Both the position numbers and the translations under genes were made by a program. The notes beneath the pieces were generated by a model that worked only from the letters and a program-made list of their open reading frames with translations, was not told the DNA's origin and searched no databases. DNA of 64,000 bases, taken from Lentisphaerae bacterium ADurb.Bin082. Its GTDB lineage: Bacteria; Verrucomicrobiota; Lentisphaeria; Oligosphaerales; Oligosphaeraceae. Below, piece after piece: positions 1 through 11,275 of this stretch. Location: NCBI GenBank assembly GCA_002070945.1, contig MWEG01000093.1, positions 4,366 through 68,365 of the forward strand, in the 5' to 3' direction. The stretch's first letter is position 1; each line of letters opens with the position of its first letter.

Positions 1-526
1 GCACATGGGCGATGGCGTCGCGCACGCCTTGGCGGTAATCCGTGCCAACCAGGCAGCCGGGAACATCCGGCAGGCGACGCTGCATGAAAACGAGCCGCGC
101 CTTGTTGCCGCGAAGGCGCTGCAAAAGCAGTTCGGGGTAGGCCGAGAGGTTCGCATAAGGCAGCCAAAACAGCCCCTCAACCTGCCAGTCCAGCGAATTG
201 TTCAACAATGCAATCTCCCGATCCAGGTCGGGACGCGTCAGAAAATTGGTCATCAGGCGGTAGCCGAGGCGATAGGCCTCCTGCTCCATGACTTCCATCA
301 GCTCAGGATTGTTCCAAGGCAGAATCAGCGACAGCAGACCGCTGCGCTGGCGGCGAAGACTGGTGGAAATGTGGTTCGGACGATAGCCCAGACGACGCGC
401 AGACGCCAATATCCTCTCCCGAGCAGCCGGCGACACCCGGCAGGCATGGTGCGAACGCAAAACCTGCGATACGGCACTGGCGGAAACACCGCAATCAGCC
501 GCGACGTCTTTTAAGGTCACTGCCAT
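1..526 (-). CDS. LacI/GalR-family transcriptional regulator, N-terminal ~175 aa (gene continues past the left window edge)
   Basis: Not in the ORF track because it has no in-window stop. The reverse complement from ATG 526..524 reads MAVTLKDVAADCGVSASAVSQVLRSHHACRVSPAARERILASARRLGYRPNHISTSLRRQRSGLLSLILPW...LVGTDYRQGVRDAIAHV. This is a LacI-type N-terminal HTH followed by the start of a periplasmic-binding-protein-like effector domain. The listed + ORF 5..514 is its antisense shadow. Confidence 0.85.
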   Translation of the reverse strand, partial: MAVTLKDVAADCGVSASAVSQVLRSHHACRVSPAARERILASARRLGYRPNHISTSLRRQRSGLLSLILPWNNPELMEVMEQEAYRLGYRLMTNFLTRPDLDREIALLNNSLDWQVEGLFWLPYANLSAYPELLLQRLRGNKARLVFMQRRLPDVPGCLVGTDYRQGVRDAIAHV

Positions 527-568
527 AAGCGTACGTCCCTTGAGATCAAGCGTGAATGAGCAAACGTC

Positions 569-623
569 AAACACAAAATAAAATGATAAATCGAAAAATC
601 AAGTTGGTATTTCGATTTATCAT
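569..623 (-). terminator. Intrinsic terminator candidate downstream of the PFOR gene (AT-rich hairpin + U-tract)
   Basis: Perfect 14-bp inverted repeat atgataaatcgaaa (583-596) / tttcgatttatcat (610-623) with a 13-nt loop. On the minus strand the stem is followed directly by TTTATTTTGTGTTT (582-569). Confidence 0.5.
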
Positions 624-699
624 GGAATTTATTTTTTTTTACTGCTGGCTATAGGGGAAATGGCAGTGTGCGACCTGCGCTTATTCTGGGTCTGGCTTC

Positions 700-747
700 T
701 CCAAAACAGCAAGGGCCTGACTGCGGTTGTGGTGGCAGTCAGGCCCT
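700..747 (-). terminator. GC-rich hairpin terminator candidate 48 nt after the PFOR stop
   Basis: 13-bp perfect stem agggcctgactgc (712-724) / gcagtcaggccct (735-747) with a 10-nt loop. On the minus strand it is followed by TTGCTGTTTTGG. Confidence 0.55.
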
Positions 748-794
748 GCTGGGTTAGGCTCTGTCATTCAGGTCGTTGCTGTTTGCGATTTGGA

Positions 795-4331
<3,537 letters not shown>

Positions 4332-4472
4332 TGTCGTCATCTCCTTGGTCTGCATTGCGGGAATTCTGGGGGTATTACAGGGGAATAAAACAAGCCGGCC
4401 TGGTGGCCGGCAGTGCGGCGGACTGCAACCTGTCCTGACATAGGCACTTGTCGCGAAAGGGAGCGTCCATAT

Positions 4473-4500
4473 AATATAGTTCCAGGAAAAGAAATCTCAA
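4473..4500 (-). promoter_or_regulatory. Sigma70-like promoter candidate for the PFOR gene
   Basis: Minus strand reads TTGAGA (4500-4495), a 16-nt spacer, then TATATT (4478-4473), about 140 nt upstream of the start codon. Pattern match only. Confidence 0.3.
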
Positions 4501-4570
4501 GTTGACAGGCGTTGAGTTTATCATGCGGCGGTCAATTTTCATGTAATCGGTCGTAATGCGTCAGTCTTCT

Positions 4571-4930
4571 GTAGTGCCTTTACAAGGCACCAGTTTTGGG
4601 GGCATGCCTCCCCCAGGCTGAAGCCTGGGGTTAAGCGCCTACGGCGCAAAGGAATGTGACTATAGGCATGGTGCATTTGTCCCTGCTGGAAGCCGGTGGA
4701 AGACACGTGTCTTCGCCAACGTCCACCAACGTCCGCAGCTACAGAGTTGCAAAAGCCCCAACGGGGCGCGACATACCAACCCAGGGCAAGCGAAGTCCGC
4801 CAAGGGCGAGCGACGCCCTGGGTGAGGCGATGTATAATTTTGAGCCCTGAAAGAGCGAGACATGAACGCCGCTATGGCTAAAAGACAACACAAGGCATAA
4901 AAGTATTCATCACAGGTTTTCGCATATTGG
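4571..4930. repeat. Composite intergenic repeat: B-type triple hairpin (4571-4700), D-type module (4724-4868) and terminal-motif remnant (4905-4930)
   Basis: Hairpins GTGCCTT-tac-AAGGCAC, CCCCAGGC-tgaa-GCCTGGGG and GCGCC-tac-GGCGC, plus the palindrome GAAGACAC/GTGTCTTC. The B part aligns with 33111-33265 and 35643-35735. The D part aligns with 45928-46055. 4905-4930 (attcatcacaggttttcgcatattgg) matches the right terminal motif of the 33045-33496 element. Confidence 0.85.
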
Positions 4931-5007
4931 CAGAAAATAGGTTGTGGGCGGTAGTCCCCCCCCCAGGTTATTCTGCAAGCTGGCGTGACGGCGTCGCTTT
5001 AGGGCGT

Positions 5008-6027
5008 TTATTCCAGGATTTCGAGGGTGATGGGTTTCCAGATGCCGCCGGCCATGGTGGAATCGTGGACGCGTACGGTCAGCTGGTTGTCTTCGCCCCA
5101 TTTCAGGACTTTGGTGACATCAAGGGAGAACGGCAGGTTCCAACCCTCTGGACCTAAATCATGGTCGCCGATGTAGACGCCATTGAGCCAGACCCAGGCG
5201 CATTCATCGACGCCCCCGAAGTGCAGTTCGGCGGCATTGAAACGGGCTGGCTTGGCAGGGGCCTTGAAGGTTCCGCGGTACCAGGCAAAGCCGTCGTGGT
5301 TGATGCCCTGGGGTTCCCAGGCTTTTGCGATTTTGATGTCAGTCCAAGCGCTGTCATTAAAGTCGGGCTTGAACCAGTTTCGGGTGTGGCCTTGGACGTC
5401 GTTGTCAATGGCGATTTTCCATCCCGCCTCGGGCAGGGGGTGTTTTTCCTTGACGACGACGTCATAGTCCCAATCCGGGCGGTCGCGTAGCCGGACTGTG
5501 TCGCAGTGGAATGGCCAGGTAGCGCGCATGACGAGCGAGCGGACGGCCAGGTCCTCGTCACGCGAGGCCTTCTGAAGGAGTTGCTGGCGGCGTCCTAGGG
5601 CTGGGCGCTCCGAGGCGAGGAGGCTGGCGGCATAGACGCGCACTGGCAGGGGCTGGTCGGTTAGCGCGGTTTCCAGGATATCCAGGCAATCATCCGGACG
5701 ACGATTTTCGCAGAGAATTTGCAGGGCCATGCGGCGCGTCTGCTCGTCGGAGTTTTCGCGCAGGGCCTGATGCAGGACGTCCTTGCCGGCTTGGCCATGG
5801 GCGGCCAGGCTGCGGACTGCGGCTCGGCGGACCAGGACGTTGCCGTCCTGGAGCAGGACCGTCAGGGTGGGGACGGCTTTGGCGGTGTCGTGTTTAGCCA
5901 GGTCGAGGGCCAGCTGGCGCCTGGCTTCAGCGTTGTCGGCCTGCCTGGGGCTGGCGCAGCCGACAGCGAGGATGATGGTCAGGCATATCGTTCCGGCGAA
6001 GAGGCCGGCAAAGCGTTTCATGGTCAT
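5008..6027 (-). CDS. Lipoprotein with HEAT-like repeats and a C-terminal galactose-binding (GH2 sugar-binding-like) jelly-roll domain
   Basis: Signal peptide with lipobox (MTMKRFAGLFAGTICLTIILAVGC). HEAT-like repeats (VRRAAVRSLAAHG, RRMALQIL, PVRVYAASLL). The C-terminal ELHFGGVDECAWVWLNGVYIGDH resembles the GH2 N-terminal sugar-binding domain. No catalytic domain seen. Confidence 0.6.
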   Translation of the reverse strand: MTMKRFAGLFAGTICLTIILAVGCASPRQADNAEARRQLALDLAKHDTAKAVPTLTVLLQDGNVLVRRAAVRSLAAHGQAGKDVLHQALRENSDEQTRRMALQILCENRRPDDCLDILETALTDQPLPVRVYAASLLASERPALGRRQQLLQKASRDEDLAVRSLVMRATWPFHCDTVRLRDRPDWDYDVVVKEKHPLPEAGWKIAIDNDVQGHTRNWFKPDFNDSAWTDIKIAKAWEPQGINHDGFAWYRGTFKAPAKPARFNAAELHFGGVDECAWVWLNGVYIGDHDLGPEGWNLPFSLDVTKVLKWGEDNQLTVRVHDSTMAGGIWKPITLEILE

Positions 6028-6086
6028 GACAGGAATCCTTATGTGACGGGGAAGGTTGCTGGGATGGACGGCCTTGCGACCTGCGG

Positions 6087-9000
6087 TTATCGCACGTGGC
6101 AGCTTTGGCTGAGACTTTGTCCGGTCGCCAGGTTAGTGGCGGTGATGATCCAGGTGCCTGGGGTGTCATTGGCGGCTGGCTGGAGGGTCAAGTCAAGCTT
6201 GCCATGCTTGGCTGTATAGTAGCCGGAGAATTCGCCGGGTTTGCCGTCGGCGTCGGTGATTCTCACTTCGATTGGGATGGCTGCGTCAGCCAGGCGGCCC
6301 CAGCGGTCGGAAATAGTCACGGTCATCGGCAGGTCTTGGCCGCGGCTTACTTTAGCGGGCAGCTTCAGCCGGAATCTATCCAGGGCGGTCCGGGAAATCA
6401 GGAAAAGTCGTCCTTCGCCGGGGCCGAAGCTGGCCTCGAAACTCAGGGCGCCGTCAACAAAGCGGCTGGTTACGGCTTGATGTCGGACCAGGTCATAGAC
6501 GTGTCCTGGGCGGTCAATGGTCAGGGTGGCTTGGTTGGGCAGGCCTTTTTCCATGACCAGGCGGTGATGGCCGACATAGTCGCCGAATTCGCGTTTGTCA
6601 TTGATGGCGAACAGGTAGTCGGTCGTGCCAAAGCGGCGCAGCCTGGTCACGACGTCGATGTCAGAGGAGCTGGCCCGGGCGGCATAGATGCCTTGCAGTT
6701 CGCGTTGGAGGCGGCGGGATTCCGCTTGCAGAGCTGCCTTGGCTTCCGCCGCGTTGCTGGCTCGTTTTATGACTGGCAGGAAGATGTCAGCCAGGATGGC
6801 AGGGCAAACGTTCTGGTCGGCGATGACGATGCCGCCGCGCTCTTGGAACTTCTTGATGGCGTCGACAACGGATTGGGTCAGCACGTCGCAGGCTGGCAGG
6901 ACGAGGATTTTGTATTGGTCGAGTCCGTCGCGGCGGATAGTTTCATCGAAGATGATGCGGGGCTGGTAGCCGGCCCATTGCAGGATAAGGTGGACGTCGG
7001 CTTCCCAGGCGCCGCTCCAGCCGAAGGTTCCTCGACTGGCGAAGATTTGGGAGGAAAAGCTTTGCAGGATGGCGATGTCGGCCGGGATGTCCGGCACTTC
7101 AAGGAGGGTCGGCCCGAGCGGCTTGACGACGTCGGCGAGGAGTTGTTGCAGGCGCGGCGCTGTCTCCGGGTTGGTCATGAAGTAGGCGCCGTATTCGCCA
7201 TTAGGGAGGGTGACGAGCGACCCCCAGCCGTGGTACATGATGCCTTTGATGGGGCGCGACAGCTTGCTCCACAGTGCCTCGCTCAAATTGTCCGGAGCGA
7301 TGGTGTAGTACTTCACTTCTGGGAATTCGCGCTCCCAGGCTGTCCAGTCGTCCGGGTTTTTCGGCAGAGTCGGCGCGGTCTGGGTTCGTTTCCAGATCAC
7401 CTGGGTCATTTTCATCACGCCCTGGTCTGGGCAGCCATCGGCCATGGCGAACAGCTCATCGGTGGCCTGGCCGATTTTGATTGGGTCTGGGTAGGAATAG
7501 GTCCATTGGGAGATGAAGTCGAGTTGGCCGCCGCTGCCCCAGACGCTCGGGACGCGCACGGCCGGGTCAAAGAAGGTCCAGACTTTTTTGCCGGTCGATT
7601 TCAGGCCGCGGTGGATTTGCGTGTTGAGCGGATTCCAGCCGTCGCCGTCCTTCCAGAACCAGGTGTAGTAGCGCAGCAGCGGATAGTCGTCCGGGATGAC
7701 GCGGTTGGCCGGGAAGTCGCTGATCGTCATATAGTTGACGCCATTTTTCTTGACCGCCTGGGGAGGGATTTTTCCGCCCAGGAATTGTTCGGCGCTGGCT
7801 ATGTCGTAATCCTGGAAGGAGAGATCAGTGCTGTCGCGGACTTCGGAATGGATGAGGGCGGCGTCGAAATGGGGGAAGTCGCCAAAGGAGAGCGAGACGC
7901 TGGCGCCGGAGTCGTAGCCGAGCTGCTGGATGTCGGGATGGGCGACGTTGGCGTTGTCCTCGTGTTTGGGCACAAGGTTGCCATCGCGGTCGAGGCGTTT
8001 GTATCGGATGTCCTTGTTGGAGCGCATGTATCTTCCGGCACCAGCGTAATGGCAGGCGTTTAGGCCGATGCGCTGCCAGCGTTCCAGGCGTTCGATGATT
8101 TTTTGGCCGGATGGAGTGTTGGCATAGTCGACGGGCTTCTTGGCTTGCCAGGCCTGGGAGTCGCCGCCGAGTCCGAAATTGGCGTGGGTGAAGCCGATGG
8201 CCAGCATGGCTTCCGGGTCATCAAAGCTGGAACGCATGACGACCGGCATGGCCGGCGGTTTGCGGTTGAGGATGGTGAACAGCACCTCGCCGGTGAACTC
8301 GGCGCTTTGCCCGGCGACGGTGGCGCGCAGGCGATAGGTGAGCGGGTAGTCTGCGGCGCGAAGGCTGGTGTCAACCTGGAAGGCGGCGGTGATTTCCTCG
8401 TCCAGCTTCCAGGTTTCGGGCATGGCGATGGCTTTGCTCTGGCCTTGGAAGTCGATGGTCAGGCTTGGCTTGTGCAAGTCCTGGCCAGTGTTGTTGAGCA
8501 AGGCCAGGTGCCCAGGGCCAGTTTTCTCCTGGCGGTTGAAGACGCTTCGTTTGGACGTTAGCACGCGGTCGATATTGCCGGAATGGTAGGTACGGACGCC
8601 GCGCCGGAGGCAGACGTCGTCAAGAACGCCGGCAAAGCCCTGGAAGGTGCTGCCGGCGCGGTCGCCAATCGACAGGTCGCGGGTGCTGGCAGCAATCGAT
8701 CCGCGCCCAGGATAGATGTTTTCGCCGACTTTCTCGCAATTGAAATATATTTTTACGACGCCAGCGCCGTCATAGGTGAACGCCAGGTGATGCCAGACGC
8801 CGGCCGGCATGGTCACCGTGCCCGAGGTGGCGAAGACGGAATCGCTGCCAAAGCCGAGGCCGACGGTCATGGTCACGACGCCGGCGCTCTGGCTTTTCGG
8901 GCGTTGCAGGAAGAACATGAAGCCGTTGTTGGCGCGCGGGCGGTCGCTGACATAGTAGAAGCACTTGTTGTCGATGAGAAAAGCCCGCGTGCCGGGTTCG

Positions 9001-9359
9001 CCGTGCGCCTCGATCTTGGCCCACAGGTCGACCGAGAAAGCACCAGAAGGGCTGAGAACCGGGTGATTGACGACGATGGTGCCAGTGGCGGATTCCGGCG
9101 TCGTGACCCCGGCGCAGCCGAGCCCGCCGCCGAATTTGCCCTCCGCTACGAATTTCCCGTTCGGGGCGGTCTTAGCGGGGGGCGCTCCGGGCCGGCTGTT
9201 CTGGCCTTCGGCGCCTGCCGTGAATTGCCAGAGCGCTATCACGTCGTTTTCCAGCGTGCATTCGTTTTCCCAGCTTTGAATCAGCCTTCCGCTGGCAGCC
9301 AAGACTGACCATGCCGCCAACACAGCGCTGACAGCGACGAACAAGATTTTTTCCCGCAT
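6087..9359 (-). CDS. Secreted LamG/concanavalin-like domain protein fused to a GH42-like TIM-barrel and trimerisation-like (class I GATase-fold) region; putative glycosidase
   Basis: ORF 6087..9377. The likely start is ATG 9359 (MREKILFVAVSAVLAAWSVLAASG signal peptide; GGAG 9 nt upstream). The N-terminal ~270 aa are LamG-like (WHHLAFTYDGAGVVKIYFNCEKVG). The central and C-terminal parts resemble GH42 beta-galactosidase architecture (ADIAILQSFSS...KILVLPACDVL). Family assignment is not verified. Confidence 0.6.
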   Translation of the reverse strand: MREKILFVAVSAVLAAWSVLAASGRLIQSWENECTLENDVIALWQFTAGAEGQNSRPGAPPAKTAPNGKFVAEGKFGGGLGCAGVTTPESATGTIVVNHPVLSPSGAFSVDLWAKIEAHGEPGTRAFLIDNKCFYYVSDRPRANNGFMFFLQRPKSQSAGVVTMTVGLGFGSDSVFATSGTVTMPAGVWHHLAFTYDGAGVVKIYFNCEKVGENIYPGRGSIAASTRDLSIGDRAGSTFQGFAGVLDDVCLRRGVRTYHSGNIDRVLTSKRSVFNRQEKTGPGHLALLNNTGQDLHKPSLTIDFQGQSKAIAMPETWKLDEEITAAFQVDTSLRAADYPLTYRLRATVAGQSAEFTGEVLFTILNRKPPAMPVVMRSSFDDPEAMLAIGFTHANFGLGGDSQAWQAKKPVDYANTPSGQKIIERLERWQRIGLNACHYAGAGRYMRSNKDIRYKRLDRDGNLVPKHEDNANVAHPDIQQLGYDSGASVSLSFGDFPHFDAALIHSEVRDSTDLSFQDYDIASAEQFLGGKIPPQAVKKNGVNYMTISDFPANRVIPDDYPLLRYYTWFWKDGDGWNPLNTQIHRGLKSTGKKVWTFFDPAVRVPSVWGSGGQLDFISQWTYSYPDPIKIGQATDELFAMADGCPDQGVMKMTQVIWKRTQTAPTLPKNPDDWTAWEREFPEVKYYTIAPDNLSEALWSKLSRPIKGIMYHGWGSLVTLPNGEYGAYFMTNPETAPRLQQLLADVVKPLGPTLLEVPDIPADIAILQSFSSQIFASRGTFGWSGAWEADVHLILQWAGYQPRIIFDETIRRDGLDQYKILVLPACDVLTQSVVDAIKKFQERGGIVIADQNVCPAILADIFLPVIKRASNAAEAKAALQAESRRLQRELQGIYAARASSSDIDVVTRLRRFGTTDYLFAINDKREFGDYVGHHRLVMEKGLPNQATLTIDRPGHVYDLVRHQAVTSRFVDGALSFEASFGPGEGRLFLISRTALDRFRLKLPAKVSRGQDLPMTVTISDRWGRLADAAIPIEVRITDADGKPGEFSGYYTAKHGKLDLTLQPAANDTPGTWIITATNLATGQSLSQSCHVR

Positions 9360-9553
9360 CTGATAGGTCTCCGGCATCGGTTGTTGCCGGCTGACGACGA
9401 TAGCCTGGCCGGCGTTCTTGATAACCTATTGCCCGAGTCGAAGATTGCAAGCGGATGTCTTAGACATGCGACGCCCGGAGCAATCGGTTACCCATGACCG
9501 ATTGCGCCTGGCGGCAAGTCTTCGTCTCTGTGAAGCAGGTCAGCCGCCGATGC

Positions 9554-10348
9554 TCAGCGTTTCTCCAGGCTGGCCAGGGATTTGGCGATCAGGTCGGCGG
9601 CTTTCAATCCGGAGAGGATCATGCCGCCGAAGATGGGTCCCATGCGATAGCCGCCGGTCACGTTGGTCGCGCTCATCCCGCAGGCGAACAGGCCAGGATA
9701 GTATTCCGCCGTGCTGTCGACCGTCTGCTGCTCGCCATGCTGGACCCACATCGGCCTTTCGCCGAGAACGCCGCCGGTTTCAGTGGCGATCTTGACCTGC
9801 GCCTTTTCACAGGCGATGCGGATGATTTCACAGGGATGGCCGGTGGCGTCGACCACGGCCTTGGCGATGACGGTGAGGGGATCGACGGGCATGGCCAGCT
9901 TGCGCACCGGTGCCCAGTTGATGACTAGGCCATTGACCCGGCCTTCCTTGAAGACGATGTCCTCGACGGACATGGCGTTGAAGATTTTGGCGCCAGCCTT
10001 GACCGCGTTGAAAATCAGCCCGCTGGCCATTTCGACAGAGTCGACTGTGTAGTAGCCCTTGGCATCCGGCACGGCCTGGTAGCTGATGCCAATCTGCTCC
10101 AGGATGCCGAGAACGTTTTCCTGGACAACGATTTCGTTGAACAACATGCCGCCGCCCCAGACACCGCCCCCCGGCGCCAGGCTCTTTTCAAAAATCGCTG
10201 TCTTCAGACCTTTCTTGGCCAACTTCGCAGCCGCGACCAGAGCCGAGGGGCCGCCGCCGACAAAGGCGACGTCAAGGTCAGTGCCGGCTGATAATTTGTC
10301 TGCAAATTGCCGAATGATCGCCGTCGTGATGATGTTTTCCATAGCCAT
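9554..10348 (-). CDS. thi4: Thiazole synthase, Thi4 family (~264 aa)
   Basis: ORF 9554..10513 trimmed to ATG 10348 (MAMENIITTAIIRQFADKL; GAGGAG upstream). Dinucleotide-binding motif DVAFVGGGPSALVAA, then GGGVWGGGMLFN and VVDATGH, as in Thi4 / ribulose-1,5-bisphosphate synthetase-like proteins. A TPP riboswitch lies directly upstream. Confidence 0.85.
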   Translation of the reverse strand: MAMENIITTAIIRQFADKLSAGTDLDVAFVGGGPSALVAAAKLAKKGLKTAIFEKSLAPGGGVWGGGMLFNEIVVQENVLGILEQIGISYQAVPDAKGYYTVDSVEMASGLIFNAVKAGAKIFNAMSVEDIVFKEGRVNGLVINWAPVRKLAMPVDPLTVIAKAVVDATGHPCEIIRIACEKAQVKIATETGGVLGERPMWVQHGEQQTVDSTAEYYPGLFACGMSATNVTGGYRMGPIFGGMILSGLKAADLIAKSLASLEKR

Positions 10349-10397
10349 TTTTCCGCGTTCTCCTCGTCGGTTGGATTGGAACCGGCGCTGGCAGCGG

Positions 10398-10468
10398 AAA
10401 AAGAGAAAAGCCGCCCTGGCTGGCGAGGCGAGCCTTGCAGGAGGCTGGCCTTCGCGGTGAGGCGGCTT
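10398..10468 (-). terminator. Candidate expression-platform terminator of the TPP riboswitch
   Basis: On the minus strand, AAGCCGCC...(imperfect inner hairpin GGCCAGCC-tcctgcaa-GGCTCGCC)...GGCGGC is followed by UUUUCUCUUUUU, about 50 nt before the thi4 start. The stem is imperfect and was not folded computationally. Confidence 0.4.
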
Positions 10469-10505
10469 GGCATCCCCAAATGGGAAGATGGTCCCTGGTG
10501 ACAGG

Positions 10506-10598
10506 CATCGCAATTTCCTCCGCCGGCATTACCCGGTTCAGGTTATACGGGTGTGTTCTCAGCTTGGGCCGACTCGGCCCAGGCACCCCGATTGGATG
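10506..10598 (-). promoter_or_regulatory. TPP (THI-box) riboswitch aptamer
   Basis: Minus strand reads CAUCCAAUCGGGGUGCCUGGGCCGAGUCGGCCCAAGCUGAGAACACACCCGUAUAACCUGAACCGGGUAAUGCCGGCGGAGGAAAUUGCGAUG. It carries the conserved GGGGUGC, CUGAGA, ACCC, AACCUGA, GGGUAAUGCCGGCG and AGGAA blocks. A P1 helix can form from CAUCCAAU / AUUGCGAUG with one bulge. It sits upstream of a thiamine biosynthesis gene. Confidence 0.9.
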
Positions 10599-10676
10599 AC
10601 ATAGAATATAATGCCTGGCCTGAATTATGCGAGGCCACAGGCGCGTTTTCCGCCCCGGTTATCAAGGCGGAGCGCA

Positions 10677-11234
10677 TCAACTGGCGGCGCCGTTGCGGAT
10701 GACGCGGGCGACTTCGGCGCCGATGGCGGCTTTGCCGGCCTCGGCGGGATGGCAGCCGTCTTCGCAGAGCCAGATAGTGCGCTGGGGGTAGACGAATGTG
10801 TACAGGTCGTTGACTGGCACGCCTTGAGCTTGCATGAACTCGGCGGCGGCCTGGTTGTAGGCGCTGATGACGCTGTTCTTCTGGGTCGCATGCGGTTCGA
10901 CGACCGGCGTGGTGGTGGCGAAGATGATCTTGGGGCAGCGCTTGCGCAGCTCGCGCAGGACAATGGCCAGGTAGCGCAGATATTCCTCAAGCGGGGTGAA
11001 CGGCCCGTCCTCGGCATAGAGGTGCGTGGTGTCCCAGAGGCCGTTGTTCCAATGGATGACGTCGGGAGCGCCGACAACGCCGAACCAGACTGGAAGCTGC
11101 TTGGCCGTGTATTTGGCGAACCGGCAATTCTCCTCCGGACCCCAGACCGTGAAGTCGTTTTCCAGCTGCCGCGTGATTTCAGCTTGGCAGTACATGCGGA
11201 TGGAATCGCCGATGAGCATGACTTTCGGTTTCAT
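10677..11234 (-). CDS. SGNH/GDSL-family hydrolase (~185 aa)
   Basis: ORF 10677..11279 trimmed to ATG 11234 (GGAGAG 7 nt upstream). Block I is MLIGDSIR, block III is WNNGLWD and block V is DGCHP (DxxH). Confidence 0.8.
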   Translation of the reverse strand: MKPKVMLIGDSIRMYCQAEITRQLENDFTVWGPEENCRFAKYTAKQLPVWFGVVGAPDVIHWNNGLWDTTHLYAEDGPFTPLEEYLRYLAIVLRELRKRCPKIIFATTTPVVEPHATQKNSVISAYNQAAAEFMQAQGVPVNDLYTFVYPQRTIWLCEDGCHPAEAGKAAIGAEVARVIRNGAAS

Positions 11235-11275
11235 GAATGATCTCTCCAGGTAGGATAAGGGTGGACGGATATGGG

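Noticed and set aside
5-514. Listed + strand ORF of 169 aa at the left edge
   Set aside because: It is the antisense shadow of a clear LacI-family gene on the minus strand (HTH motif, sensible start at 526). Its own translation is Arg/Gln-rich with no recognisable motif.
583-623. The 14-bp perfect inverted repeat considered as the operator of the adjacent LacI-family regulator
   Set aside because: LacI operators are usually ~14-20-bp contiguous palindromes with a central CG, not 14-bp arms split by 13 nt. On the minus strand the stem is followed directly by a U-rich tract, so a PFOR terminator is the simpler reading. The operator idea cannot be fully excluded.
6096-8063. 655-aa + strand ORF, and similar long ORFs at 8583..9308 and 12519..13856, antisense to the LamG/GH42-like gene and dxs
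   Set aside because: These are typical GC-rich shadow ORFs. They are Gly/Ala/Val/Asp-rich and low-complexity with no motifs, and they are fully contained within well-supported genes on the other strand.
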